A stretch of 64,000 bases of DNA from an uncultured delta proteobacterium (lineage in GTDB: Bacteria; Desulfobacterota; Binatia; UBA9968), in contig CAVSLC010000023.1 of assembly GCA_963728565.1 (NCBI GenBank), positions 160,001 to 224,000 on the forward strand, read 5' to 3'. Position numbers and translations under genes: made by a program. Below the pieces are notes generated by a model. The model was given only the letters and a program-made list of their open reading frames with translations. It was not told the origin of the DNA and did no database searches. Numbering within the stretch: the stretch's first letter is position 1; each line of letters opens with the position of its first letter. Below are positions 31,363-40,180 of this stretch, piece after piece.

Positions 31363-32272
31363 ATTCTTTTCCCTGTAACTTTAACCCCTTGACCTACGAC
31401 AACACGCTGGATGTTGTCGGGGGTCACGGTTGGGGTCACGGTTCCAGCCAGTCTTTCAAGCTGTTCGGCTGCATCGCTCTTGATGTATTTCCCGTAATGC
31501 CGCTCGATCGTGGTAACCGAAGTACCGCAGTATTCCGCAAGCCATTTGATGTTGACTCCATTGCTCAAGCCCACGCTGATAAACGTGTGGCGCGTGCAGT
31601 AGGGACGCCGCGGCCTGATCTCCACGCCTCTTAGGATTCGATACCAAACACCGGCGCGCCAGGTGTGGAAGTTAAGCGGGTTAGATTCCTGGTTGAGAAA
31701 CACATAATCGGTCTCGGTGGTTCGAAGAGGCTTTAACCGCTTCAGTATCTAGGTCACTGATCCAATGAGTTTGATCGACCGATCACTGCCGGCCGTTTTG
31801 GGTGCGCCTTCCTCGTCGATGTATTGGCTTTTGCTGATCGTGATGAATCCTGTTCTCAAATCAACGTCGCCCCAGTTCAACGCGAGTAATTCAGAAGGCC
31901 GGGCGCCGGTCCAGAAGAGGGTATGGACAAAGGGAACATAGAAGGGGCTTTTCCTGGCGAAGGCCGCAATGATGCTATCTCGTTCGAGTTCGGTGAATGG
32001 ATCCGGCTTTGGTGTTTGCCGCCGCGGCCATATCAAGGCCTCAAACGGGTCACGGTCCAGCAAGTAATCAATCTTGCGTGCATCGCGCAGACAAGCGCGG
32101 AAGCTGGCGTCAATGATGTTCCGGCATGACTTGAGGCTTAAAGCGCGCTCGTTTAGCAAATAGGCGCGAAATCGTCTAAGCGCCTCGGCGTTACATCGAT
32201 CAAAGCAATGGTTTTGAATTTGCCGAGAATGTAGCGGTTGAAGGCAAAATAGAAGCTTTTTTCATTTGACAT
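31305..32272 (-). pseudogene. Tyrosine recombinase/phage integrase, inactivated
   Basis: WTGARPSE, YCTRHTF and ERHY motifs. In-frame TAG at 31749-31751, frameshift ~32190, N-terminus missing; the C-terminal frame runs antisense into the tRNA. Confidence 0.8.
31420..31443. repeat. Tandem 12-bp direct repeat (candidate integrase arm-type sites)
   Basis: GGGGTCACGGTT twice, preceded by the inverted repeat CGACAACA-N7-TGTTGTCG (31397-31419). Confidence 0.6.
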
Positions 32273-33763
32273 CTTTGTTCTTCTTTTACTAAGTACCGGG
32301 GATGGACGATTTCCAGATTTTGACGTGGATTATCGGAGCCGCGATTCCGGCCATAGTGGAAATCTTTTTTCATCGCGGCGAGTGACTCATCCTCTCAACA
32401 TGCAATTCATAATCACGTCGCCGGCTTTGGCGTCTCCGTCCATCTCTGCCAAAAACTCTCTGGCGCTCCTGGTGACCGGCGATAGTCTGCCGCCGTTGTC
32501 GATCAGCTCGCCGGTCGGTAACTGAATGTCTTCGCTTTCCAGTATCGCCGCGGCCTTGGCGTTTAGTTCGTCAAAATAGCTGGCCTCTTCGGCTTCAGCC
32601 CAGCGCTGAAACTCTCGTTCAATCTCCAAGTCCATCTTGCGCTCGAAGAAATCGCCGTGCGTGCTGTGGATCTTGTCGCCAGATAAGTCTCGCTCTAGTG
32701 CTTCTTTGAGTAATGCCGGATCTGCTTCGTCGATGAAGCCTGATTCATGGGCCAGCTGGGCAAGCTCGTCCGCCGGAGCACTGGCAGGAACCATCAAGGC
32801 GGGTGTCCGCGGTTATGCACGGCTTACCAGGCCACGGCTTGAAGGCGTTGACGACATCCTCGAGGCCTTGGAGAAGCACGTCCTGGAACCCAACACGACG
32901 CAAAGAGACGCAGCGCACGTACTCGGCAACTATGCCGACGTGATGAGAGAGAATCCCTTCAGCTTAGATCATCCCTTAGCCGATCAGATTCATTTAGAAG
33001 CCACCGCTGATGATGTCGCGCACGTCTACCGGCCGGCCTGCGTCAAGGTCGGCGATCGCTTTAGCGCCGACACCTGCAGCGCCGACCCGTATCAGTGCAT
33101 CGCTTACGTCGTACGGGCTGTTGAGGGTTTTCTTGTAGCGGTAAACGAAGGGTTGAATCATCGCCTCTGATAATGCGCCAAAGCCTGCTTCAATCAGCGC
33201 TGTTTTGAGAATCCCCGCCGATGTCGAAGCGCCGAAGGGTATCGTTCCAATAACTAACGGATCGGTAAGAGTGGCGGCCATGGCGCCGGTGAAGCTGCCG
33301 ACCTTGCCGGCAAACGTGCTGTTGCTAATGACGCTCTCTGACGTCTGGCGCAGCCGCTTTGAATCCTCGATGATCTTTCAACAAGTCTTCGTCGTTCTTG
33401 ATCTCGGGGTGCTGATTGGAAAGCTCTCTGATCTGCCGCTCTGCCGATAACCGCGCCTTCTCCACTGTGGTTAAACCTGGATCCGTAGGGTTTGCCGTTG
33501 CGGTAAACGGCTTGCCGGTAATCTCGAGAATTTTCTCGTTTCTCTGCTTTACTTTGTCGAGATAGTTCTGCCGCTCGCTGATGCTCAAGTCTTCTTGCCG
33601 GGTGGTGTCATAGCTGGCGCTAAAGCCTTCCATGAATCCCCCGGGCGGTCTGTCCACCGGTTGGCGTGCCGCGTCGATGATCGCTTGCTGATAGCCGTCG
33701 TCAGAAATGCCCATTAGATACCCTTTAAAGGAGATTCAGAGATAGCTTGGACTGACATCATAA

Positions 33764-33973
33764 TTGTGTTATATCTTACGAACTGTGCGTAAGTTGCAGG
33801 GTTTCTGGTCCAATTACGGTAAGTCAATTTTAGTGGTTCTTGCTGTGACGATCATGTTTTTAGGACCCCGCGTTCTTACTCGGTACCTTCAATCTCAAGG
33901 TTTTTATTTGGGTAAATCCGCTTACGACTGCTTCGAAGATGCCGAACCATATGTTTTCACTCGAGGTTGTTAG
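33764..33973 (+). CDS. Small hypothetical membrane protein
   Basis: AT-rich ORF with one hydrophobic helix (SILVVLAVTIMFLG), opposite strand to the flanking genes. Confidence 0.35.
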   Translation: MCYILRTVRKLQGFWSNYGKSILVVLAVTIMFLGPRVLTRYLQSQGFYLGKSAYDCFEDAEPYVFTRGC

Positions 33974-34152
33974 AACTTATGACCGATGCTCTAAAGGATT
34001 GTTTGCTCGTTTTTCTTGCCGCCGCCTTTGCGTTCCTCACAAACTACTACGTGATCAATTCCCGAAGTGACCGGGCACCCGTTGCACAGGCGCAGCCGGG
34101 GATAGTTCGTTCTGAACTATTCCACCAGACCAGCGATACCGCCCGTCCGTGA
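33967..34152 (+). CDS. Small hypothetical membrane protein
   Basis: GAGG upstream and a hydrophobic helix CLLVFLAAAFAFL. Confidence 0.35.
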   Translation: MLELMTDALKDCLLVFLAAAFAFLTNYYVINSRSDRAPVAQAQPGIVRSELFHQTSDTARP

Positions 34153-35867
34153 TCCTGTCATCGCTCTATTCACGGTTGCGCAAGGTCCAAGACAAATGGC
34201 CCGCTGTCTGACTGCACGTAGCCCGGACCAACCTTAACCAGATACTTACCGTCTCCGATTGACTCAAAAAGTCCGTGCTTCTTGATGTCCTCGGCCTTGA
34301 ACCCTTTGGCCTTTGAGTAATCAGCAACATTCAGTAGATCTTTGAACTCGCCTTCGGTCATGCCGGAGCGTGGCGGCTGGATCTTGTAACCGCGGCTGAA
34401 GTAGCCGCCGCCGATACTGAGAAGCCCGCCGGTTACTTCCTGCACCGCTTCATCCATGCGCGAACTGTTAAACGTGCCGCTTAGGTCCTTGGCTTGCCAT
34501 GATTTGGCGGCATAGGCTGCCAAAGCTGCGTCTGTGATGGTGTCGTGGTGCTCGACGTTGCCCTGATAGGCTGAGCGAGATTGCTGTTGATTCTGTCGCG
34601 TGCTGCGGTGAGCTCGGCGCCGGTCAGTCCTACCTTGGGCTCTTGCTTCAAGACCCCCTGGCCGCGGAGAATCGTGCTGGCGGCTCTCGGTGCTTCCATC
34701 GATAGCCCCATGGTCAAGGCGGTAATCGATTCCTTCTTGCCGGCCAGTTGCGCGGCAATCGCTCTGACTCGCTCATCGCTAAAGCCGTTGCGCAGTTGGC
34801 GGAACATATTCACCTTGCCGTCTGCGGGTACCGCGTCGAGCTTTTTCTTTAGTGCGTCTGATTCCTCGTCCGATAATGGGCTGATAGTGCCGAGCCCGTA
34901 GCGCTGCTCGACAATGCCGGCGGAGATATCCAGCGCTCGCATTGAAGTCGGGTTGTTTAGATCAAGCGGTGCCGGCGGCGGGATAACCCGGCGCAAGACT
35001 CCCGCGGTCATAGGATCGGTCTTCAGTTGCGCCTTGGTGGTCTCGTGCGCTGCTTTCAAGTCGCCAAGAACTTCGCTTCCTCGCCGCTCTTGGGTGCCTG
35101 GGCTTTCTTCCGTAAATATTCCTCTTACTGTAATGGAGACATGGCATTGAAGACAAACAGCTCGCTCGCATTGCGCTGCACCTGGATGAAATCGGCTTCG
35201 TGCTCGGTGTTTCTGACCCTGGCGCCCAGCTGTGCAAGGTTGCCACTCCATGGTGATCCGGACATCACCGCGGCTTTGTAGTCGCTCACCTGTTTACCTA
35301 TCTGCCGCTCGTTCTCTTTGCGCTCGCTTCCTGCTTGCGTGCCATGGCCTCAAGGCGCTGCTGTGCTTCACCACGCAGTGCCACAATATGGCGCTGACTT
35401 AAGTTGCCGTCATATTTGCCGGTGTTTAACTCGGCTAGGCTGCCAATCTCTGCAGCGTGATCAGCCGGCAGGCCGATCAACTATCGCCCATAGCAAATTG
35501 ACTAATGGCTGAAAGCCTCAACCACCGGCGGAAAAGTAAGAACCCAACCTAATGCAATTTGGATGAGTGACACGAAAAATGCACCGAAGTTCACATGTTT
35601 GCCCCGCGGTGGAATGGAATACCGGCCTAACAATCAGCCAGACGATTTACGCCGACACCGGTTTAACCAATCAAGGTCCAACTGCTCCGGAGCAAGTCGA
35701 TGCCGCCCTCAATAACTGGCTAATCTCCGCTGGCATTTGCCCTTTCATGGGCATGTCCTTTCCTCCTGCGCGAGCACGGGAGGAAGATCAAGCGCCGCCG
35801 ACACCCGCTGCGGTGATAACCTCTTGCAGTACTAGACTTACTTAGGTTTTCAGCTCTTCGGCTCACA

Positions 35868-36257
35868 TCACCGGAGCCCCGGACATTTGGCCGGAGTTGT
35901 CCGTCGGCCGGAACCCTGCGACTTTTCGCGACGGCACTGACACTCGGCACAAAAGGTCGTTTCAGGCGCCGTTTGGAGGCGGTGCAGTTCGATGGGCCGC
36001 CGGCAACCGATGCAAGTGCCGTAGGCGGCTTCGCGCATCCGGATCAGCGCGTGATCGATTCGTGTGGTCTCACTGGCATACCACTCAGCTAATCTTTCGA
36101 GCAGATGACGTCTGCTTTCGTAGGCCGCTTTGTCGATTGAGTGTTTATTTTCGACCAGCGTCCGTTGTTCTTGATTTAGATAGTCTAGCGTCCGCAAGAT
36201 TTCGACTCGGCGCTGGTATAGTCTTTCAAAATACTGCTCGGTTTTTTTTACGATCAT
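35868..36257 (-). CDS. TraR/DksA-family C4 zinc-finger protein
   Basis: YGTCIGCRRPIELHRL..PETTFCAECQ; SD AAAGGAG. Confidence 0.85.
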   Translation of the reverse strand: MIVKKTEQYFERLYQRRVEILRTLDYLNQEQRTLVENKHSIDKAAYESRRHLLERLAEWYASETTRIDHALIRMREAAYGTCIGCRRPIELHRLQTAPETTFCAECQCRREKSQGSGRRTTPAKCPGLR

Positions 36258-36724
36258 CTGATCTCCTTTGCGATCCGTGCCAAAATCAGCCATAACCCGT
36301 CGCGCAGTGTCTTGACGAGTTCCTGCATCATTTCTTTGAGGCGTTTACCGTCTCCGGCGTTCAGGTAAATCGCCGCCGGCGCGTCGGGTTGCTTGAAATT
36401 ATGAACGTAGACCCAATCGCCGGGTGTGGCGCTGGAAGACACGCGCTCAGCGATCCACCGGCGCAGCGTCTCTAATTTACCGGCGCCGGTCAAACCCGAC
36501 ACAAAAATGTTGTAGCCGCTGCTCCCCACTCCGAGCCCCAATTCCAAGGCAGCGAGCGCGCGTTCCTGGCCGACGAATTCTCTCGCGCCGCTCAGCTCGC
36601 GAGTCGAGGAAAATTTGCCGGCGATCTTGGTCTCAAAGTGCAGATCTTTCGCGCTCAGCTCACGCGGGCGAGTAGAGGATTCGGTCGCGGGCTCGAGAGT
36701 TGCCAATTCACTGTCGCCATTCAT
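36254..36724 (-). pseudogene. N-terminal fragment of a Lon-like (LonB/LonC-type) ATP-dependent protease
   Basis: FVGQERALAALELGLG..GYNIFVSGLTGAGK and DWVYVHNF..P..P. Similarity ends after ~140 aa. Confidence 0.75.
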
Positions 36725-37149
36725 GCTGCTTCTCCTGCAGGTTTTTTGGCTTTCGGTATGGTCACGCGCAACACGCCTTCATAGAACTCCGCTTTGATCT
36801 GGCTGGCATCGACCGACTCCGGCAGTTTCAGGCGCCGTATGAAGTGGCCCGATGAGCGCTCCATCGTATGAAAGTGGCCGTGACGATGGGTTTCTTCCAA
36901 CGCACGGGAGCCCTGTAAGAGCAAATCGCTGTTTGCAATCTCCACCTTTACATCATCGAGCTTGACCCCAGGAAGATCAGCTTCCAACATGAAAGCATCG
37001 TCCATTTCATAGAGATCCACGGATGGATTCCAGCCGCGCATCTCACGGCAAAAGCCCCAAGGCCGATGAATCATCTCGTCGAAAAGGCGCTCCACTTCGC
37101 GCGAGACATGAATTGGAAACGAAATTAGGTCGTTCGGGGTTTTCGCCAT
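36721..37149 (-). CDS. Hsp20/alpha-crystallin small heat shock protein
   Basis: PSVDLYE, ADLPGV, ERSSGHFIRRLKLP, AEFYEGVLRVTIPK. Confidence 0.93.
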   Translation of the reverse strand: MAKTPNDLISFPIHVSREVERLFDEMIHRPWGFCREMRGWNPSVDLYEMDDAFMLEADLPGVKLDDVKVEIANSDLLLQGSRALEETHRHGHFHTMERSSGHFIRRLKLPESVDASQIKAEFYEGVLRVTIPKAKKPAGEAA

Positions 37150-37207
37150 CGCCGCAATTCCTCCTCATTCGTGGGCTGCATACTTTACCGTGTCCCACAT
37201 CAGTAAA

Positions 37208-37223
37208 CGCAACGGCCGTGCCA
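37208..37223 (-). promoter_or_regulatory. Sigma-54 -24/-12 promoter (hsp20)
   Basis: Minus strand TGGCAC-GGCCG-TTGCG. Confidence 0.8.
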
Positions 37224-37347
37224 CGTACATGCTTGATTTTCTTGCCGGTTTGCAGCGAGACAGGCGGTGTTTCTCAAACGTGGGAAGGGGCGGCATGGTG
37301 TCTTGCAAATCTTGCGAAGGGGCCTCGCGCCGCCACTCAAACATTAC

Positions 37348-37363
37348 TGGCACATCGGTTGCG
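37348..37363 (+). promoter_or_regulatory. Sigma-54 -24/-12 promoter
   Basis: TGGCAC-ATCGG-TTGCG. Confidence 0.8.
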
Positions 37364-37411
37364 TTTTCATCCTTCTGAAAACGAGCTCAGCATAGGAAGG
37401 ACGCTACGTCG

Positions 37412-37741
37412 ATGGCAGAGAGCCTCCAGTGTATGATGGGCAGTGACACTTCGGTTACGGAACCATTCTTCGCTACTCTGCGCCGAAGTGAACATCTCGA
37501 GCCGGAAAAGAATTTATTGATCGCGATTCTGCGGGATGCGATTCATGATTATCGCAAGTACTGCCGGGCTCGAGATCCGGAGGGGAGGGGACACTTCCGA
37601 GAAGCGCAGCAGTGGATCATGGCAGGCGGTAACAACTGGATTTTTTCTTTCAATAATATATGCGAATTTTTAGGTCTCGATCCGGATTACATTCGTCGTG
37701 GGCTTAACGAGCCGGATGCAGATCGTAACACCAAAAGATAA
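37412..37741 (+). CDS. Hypothetical protein, 109 aa
   Basis: SD-like AGGAAGG and its own sigma-54 promoter. Helical sequence EKNLLIAILRDAI...FSFNNICEFLGLDPDYIR. Confidence 0.7.
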   Translation: MAESLQCMMGSDTSVTEPFFATLRRSEHLEPEKNLLIAILRDAIHDYRKYCRARDPEGRGHFREAQQWIMAGGNNWIFSFNNICEFLGLDPDYIRRGLNEPDADRNTKR

Positions 37742-37774
37742 GTCTCGAACTACTGCAAGCAGTGGCGCAGCAAA

Positions 37775-38587
37775 TCAAGTTCCCTGCGGCCAATAGAGCA
37801 ACAGAGGCACCCCTGCGTGCCGCACGCAAGATGCGGCGATGCTACCCAGTACGACTCGCTTCGCCGCGGCATGGGCATGAGTCGTCATTGCCAGCAATGT
37901 TTCGGGGAGGTCTTTTAGGTACCGACTGAGTGCGTCGCCCGGTTCTCCATGCAGCACTTCCCATTGCGCTTCGATTCTATGAACGGCTTCGATTTCGGCG
38001 GCCAGTCGATGCAGGTAGGACGTTTCGAGAAAATCCGACTCTTGCTCGTGTAACAGCGCCTCGGGACGGTGCACCGGCAACGCCTGGACCAAGAACAGGG
38101 GCGCTGACAATGACCGAGCGGCTCTGACGGCGTACGGCAGTATTTTCTCGGAAAAGGCACTACCGTCCACGGCGGCTGTAACATTGGTAATTTTACTCGG
38201 CGCCTCGCGGTCTTTGTGATGCGCCCCAAGCAAGAGCACGGGTCTCATAGCTTCACGCAGAACCCGGAAAGCAACGCTGCCGATGATCGCTTCGGTCCAT
38301 GCTGTGCGCCCGTGAGTAGTCAGCGCCGCAATCGCGCGCGGCTCTCTTTCGAGCTCTGTTCTTATCGCGGCGGCTGGATCTGGTGATACGACAAAGCGCA
38401 GCTCGGCGCCGTATCGGCGAGCGCATTCCTGCAAATAATCTTCTTCGATCGACTTTTCCGCCGGATCCTGAACGACGCGCAAAAATATCAGCTTGCCCGC
38501 TGTCGCCCGTGTCACGCCGCGCGCCAGCGGAATAATCTGCTCCGCGAGCGAGGAACCGTCCAGGCAAACTATCACTTGCTCAAACAC
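37775..38587 (-). CDS. Universal stress protein (tandem USP)
   Basis: LDGS..AE, THGRT...GSVA..V; second VDGS and LGSIA. Confidence 0.9.
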   Translation of the reverse strand: MFEQVIVCLDGSSLAEQIIPLARGVTRATAGKLIFLRVVQDPAEKSIEEDYLQECARRYGAELRFVVSPDPAAAIRTELEREPRAIAALTTHGRTAWTEAIIGSVAFRVLREAMRPVLLLGAHHKDREAPSKITNVTAAVDGSAFSEKILPYAVRAARSLSAPLFLVQALPVHRPEALLHEQESDFLETSYLHRLAAEIEAVHRIEAQWEVLHGEPGDALSRYLKDLPETLLAMTTHAHAAAKRVVLGSIAASCVRHAGVPLLLYWPQGT

Positions 38588-38938
38588 AGTGGCCTCGTCC
38601 TTCGGTCGGCTATCGCTTCATTCATCATAGTGCGGGCGGCTCTGCCAATTGATGGCTGATGGCATTTTTTTGTTAAAGCAACTTCCACTCCACCACGTGC
38701 GCTGCCCCATGCACTCGCCTCCTTGTCGACCGGATGCTAGTGGCCGCATGTTACTTAAGCGAGCGCCATAGTTCTTTCCTTTCGGTGCTCGCTGACTTAA
38801 AAAAAGGCGGCAAGAGCCATGCAATTATAGGTTAATAATTAGATCGCTTTCTTCGCAATGCTGGGAAGAACGTTCATGCAGGATTCGCACGGATGCAGAA
38901 CCGCAGGAGCTATTTAAAATCAACTGGCTGAGTAATAG

Positions 38939-38954
38939 GGGCATGCTTCTTGCG
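38939..38954 (+). promoter_or_regulatory. Sigma-54 -24/-12 promoter (ybaK-like gene)
   Basis: GGGCAT-GCTTC-TTGCG. Confidence 0.7.
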
Positions 38955-38991
38955 CTGTGAGCAATAGGAATCAAGCAGAAGGAGAAAACCC

Positions 38992-39477
38992 ATGCCAATT
39001 ATCAAAAAACTTAAAGACCTCTTCGACGAGACAAAGGTTAGTTACGAAGTCTACAACCATCCGCTGGCGTATACCGCGCAGGAGATCGCTCAGAGACAAC
39101 ACTTCTCTGGTAATGAGATGGCCAAGGTTGTGATGCTCAAGGTGGACGGCAAAATGGTGATGGCGGTGGTTACCGGGAATCAAAAAGTGCACCTGCCTAC
39201 CGCACGCGCAAGCCTCGCCGCCTATGAGGTGAGTTTGGCGACGGAAGACGAGTTTTATTCTAAATTCCCGGGCTGCGAAATCGGCGCGATGCCGCCGTTT
39301 GGGAATTTGTATGGTCTACCTGTTTACGTTGACCCGGCGGTAACCAAGGATGAATGGATTTACTTCAATGCCGGAAACCACGTTCAGACGGTTCGGATCC
39401 GCTATAAGGACTTCGAAAAACTCGTAAACCCACAGGTGGTCCGATTGACTGAGGAGAAGAAACAGCATGCAGCCTAA
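38992..39477 (+). CDS. YbaK/EbsC-family aminoacyl-tRNA deacylase
   Basis: MAKVVML, GCEIGAMPPFG, FNAGNH. Confidence 0.88.
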   Translation: MPIIKKLKDLFDETKVSYEVYNHPLAYTAQEIAQRQHFSGNEMAKVVMLKVDGKMVMAVVTGNQKVHLPTARASLAAYEVSLATEDEFYSKFPGCEIGAMPPFGNLYGLPVYVDPAVTKDEWIYFNAGNHVQTVRIRYKDFEKLVNPQVVRLTEEKKQHAA

Positions 39478-40180
39478 GACTCCAGGCAACCATCGGCGTG
39501 AGCTGGCGCGTTTATCAGACGTATTTCTAGGAAATATCCGGTCGTCGTAGCCGGGATGCCGAAAAACAGCCTGAGGGTTTAACTCGGCAGATTGCCGCCT
39601 TCGACTCCGGACCGCAGCCTCATGGCCGCGCTTGGTTGCAGAACCATCCCTGGAAACTCACAGAGTCTTCCCCCAAGCACATCATCAGAACAATCGATTA
39701 TTCGAGGCAACCTGATAGTGTGCCCAGTCAAGGGAACGGTTGTGCAGTCTCCAGACCCACGTAGTCTCTAGCGACACTTTCACTGAAGCACTTGGCGAGG
39801 CCGGGGTGACCCGTCGGCTGGCAAAACTAAACGTGCGAATGGCGATCGTGGCGACGCTGCGATCGCGTCAGCAGCACGTTCAGAATCACCATCAATAAGG
39901 ATAGGAGCACGAAATAGAAGAACAGGCTTTCGGTTACCATACTCCACCTCCGCTTCAAGAGTTTCTAGTTGAAGTGAGCGCAAAGCCAATGCCAACCCGC
40001 TGCCACCATAGGCCCGCCGCGCCCTTACAAATCCTATGGGATTGCTATGCGTTTGCTTGACACCACCGATCGACGGAAATAAAGCTATTCCCAGCTTCAA
40101 GAAAGGTAACGCAAGTTTCGAGAATCGCGATATCTCGAATCAATTGCTGCGGACGACCCGAAAACACGGGCCGGCAACAC

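Larger units (their letters stand above)
31363..35480 (-). mobile_element. Degenerate prophage/integrative element remnant at the tRNA 3' end
   Basis: Integrase pseudogene plus two long fragmented minus-strand genes (~32390-33714 and ~34170-35480), Ala/Gly-rich and helical. Resemblance to phage internal virion proteins is inference. Confidence 0.5.

Noticed and set aside
31749-31751. Amber read-through (pyrrolysine or recoding) in the integrase and pyk
   Set aside because: Both genes also carry frameshifts or truncations, TAG is a normal stop elsewhere in the window, and no pyl genes are seen.
37291-37307. CGGCATGGTGTCTTGCA as an extra sigma-54 promoter
   Set aside because: GG-to-GC spacing is one base too long, and it overlaps a candidate enhancer site.
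39780-40100. 106-aa minus-strand ORF with RAYGGSGLALAL resembling a histidine kinase G2 box
   Set aside because: Only a short motif with no other kinase boxes; at most a remnant.
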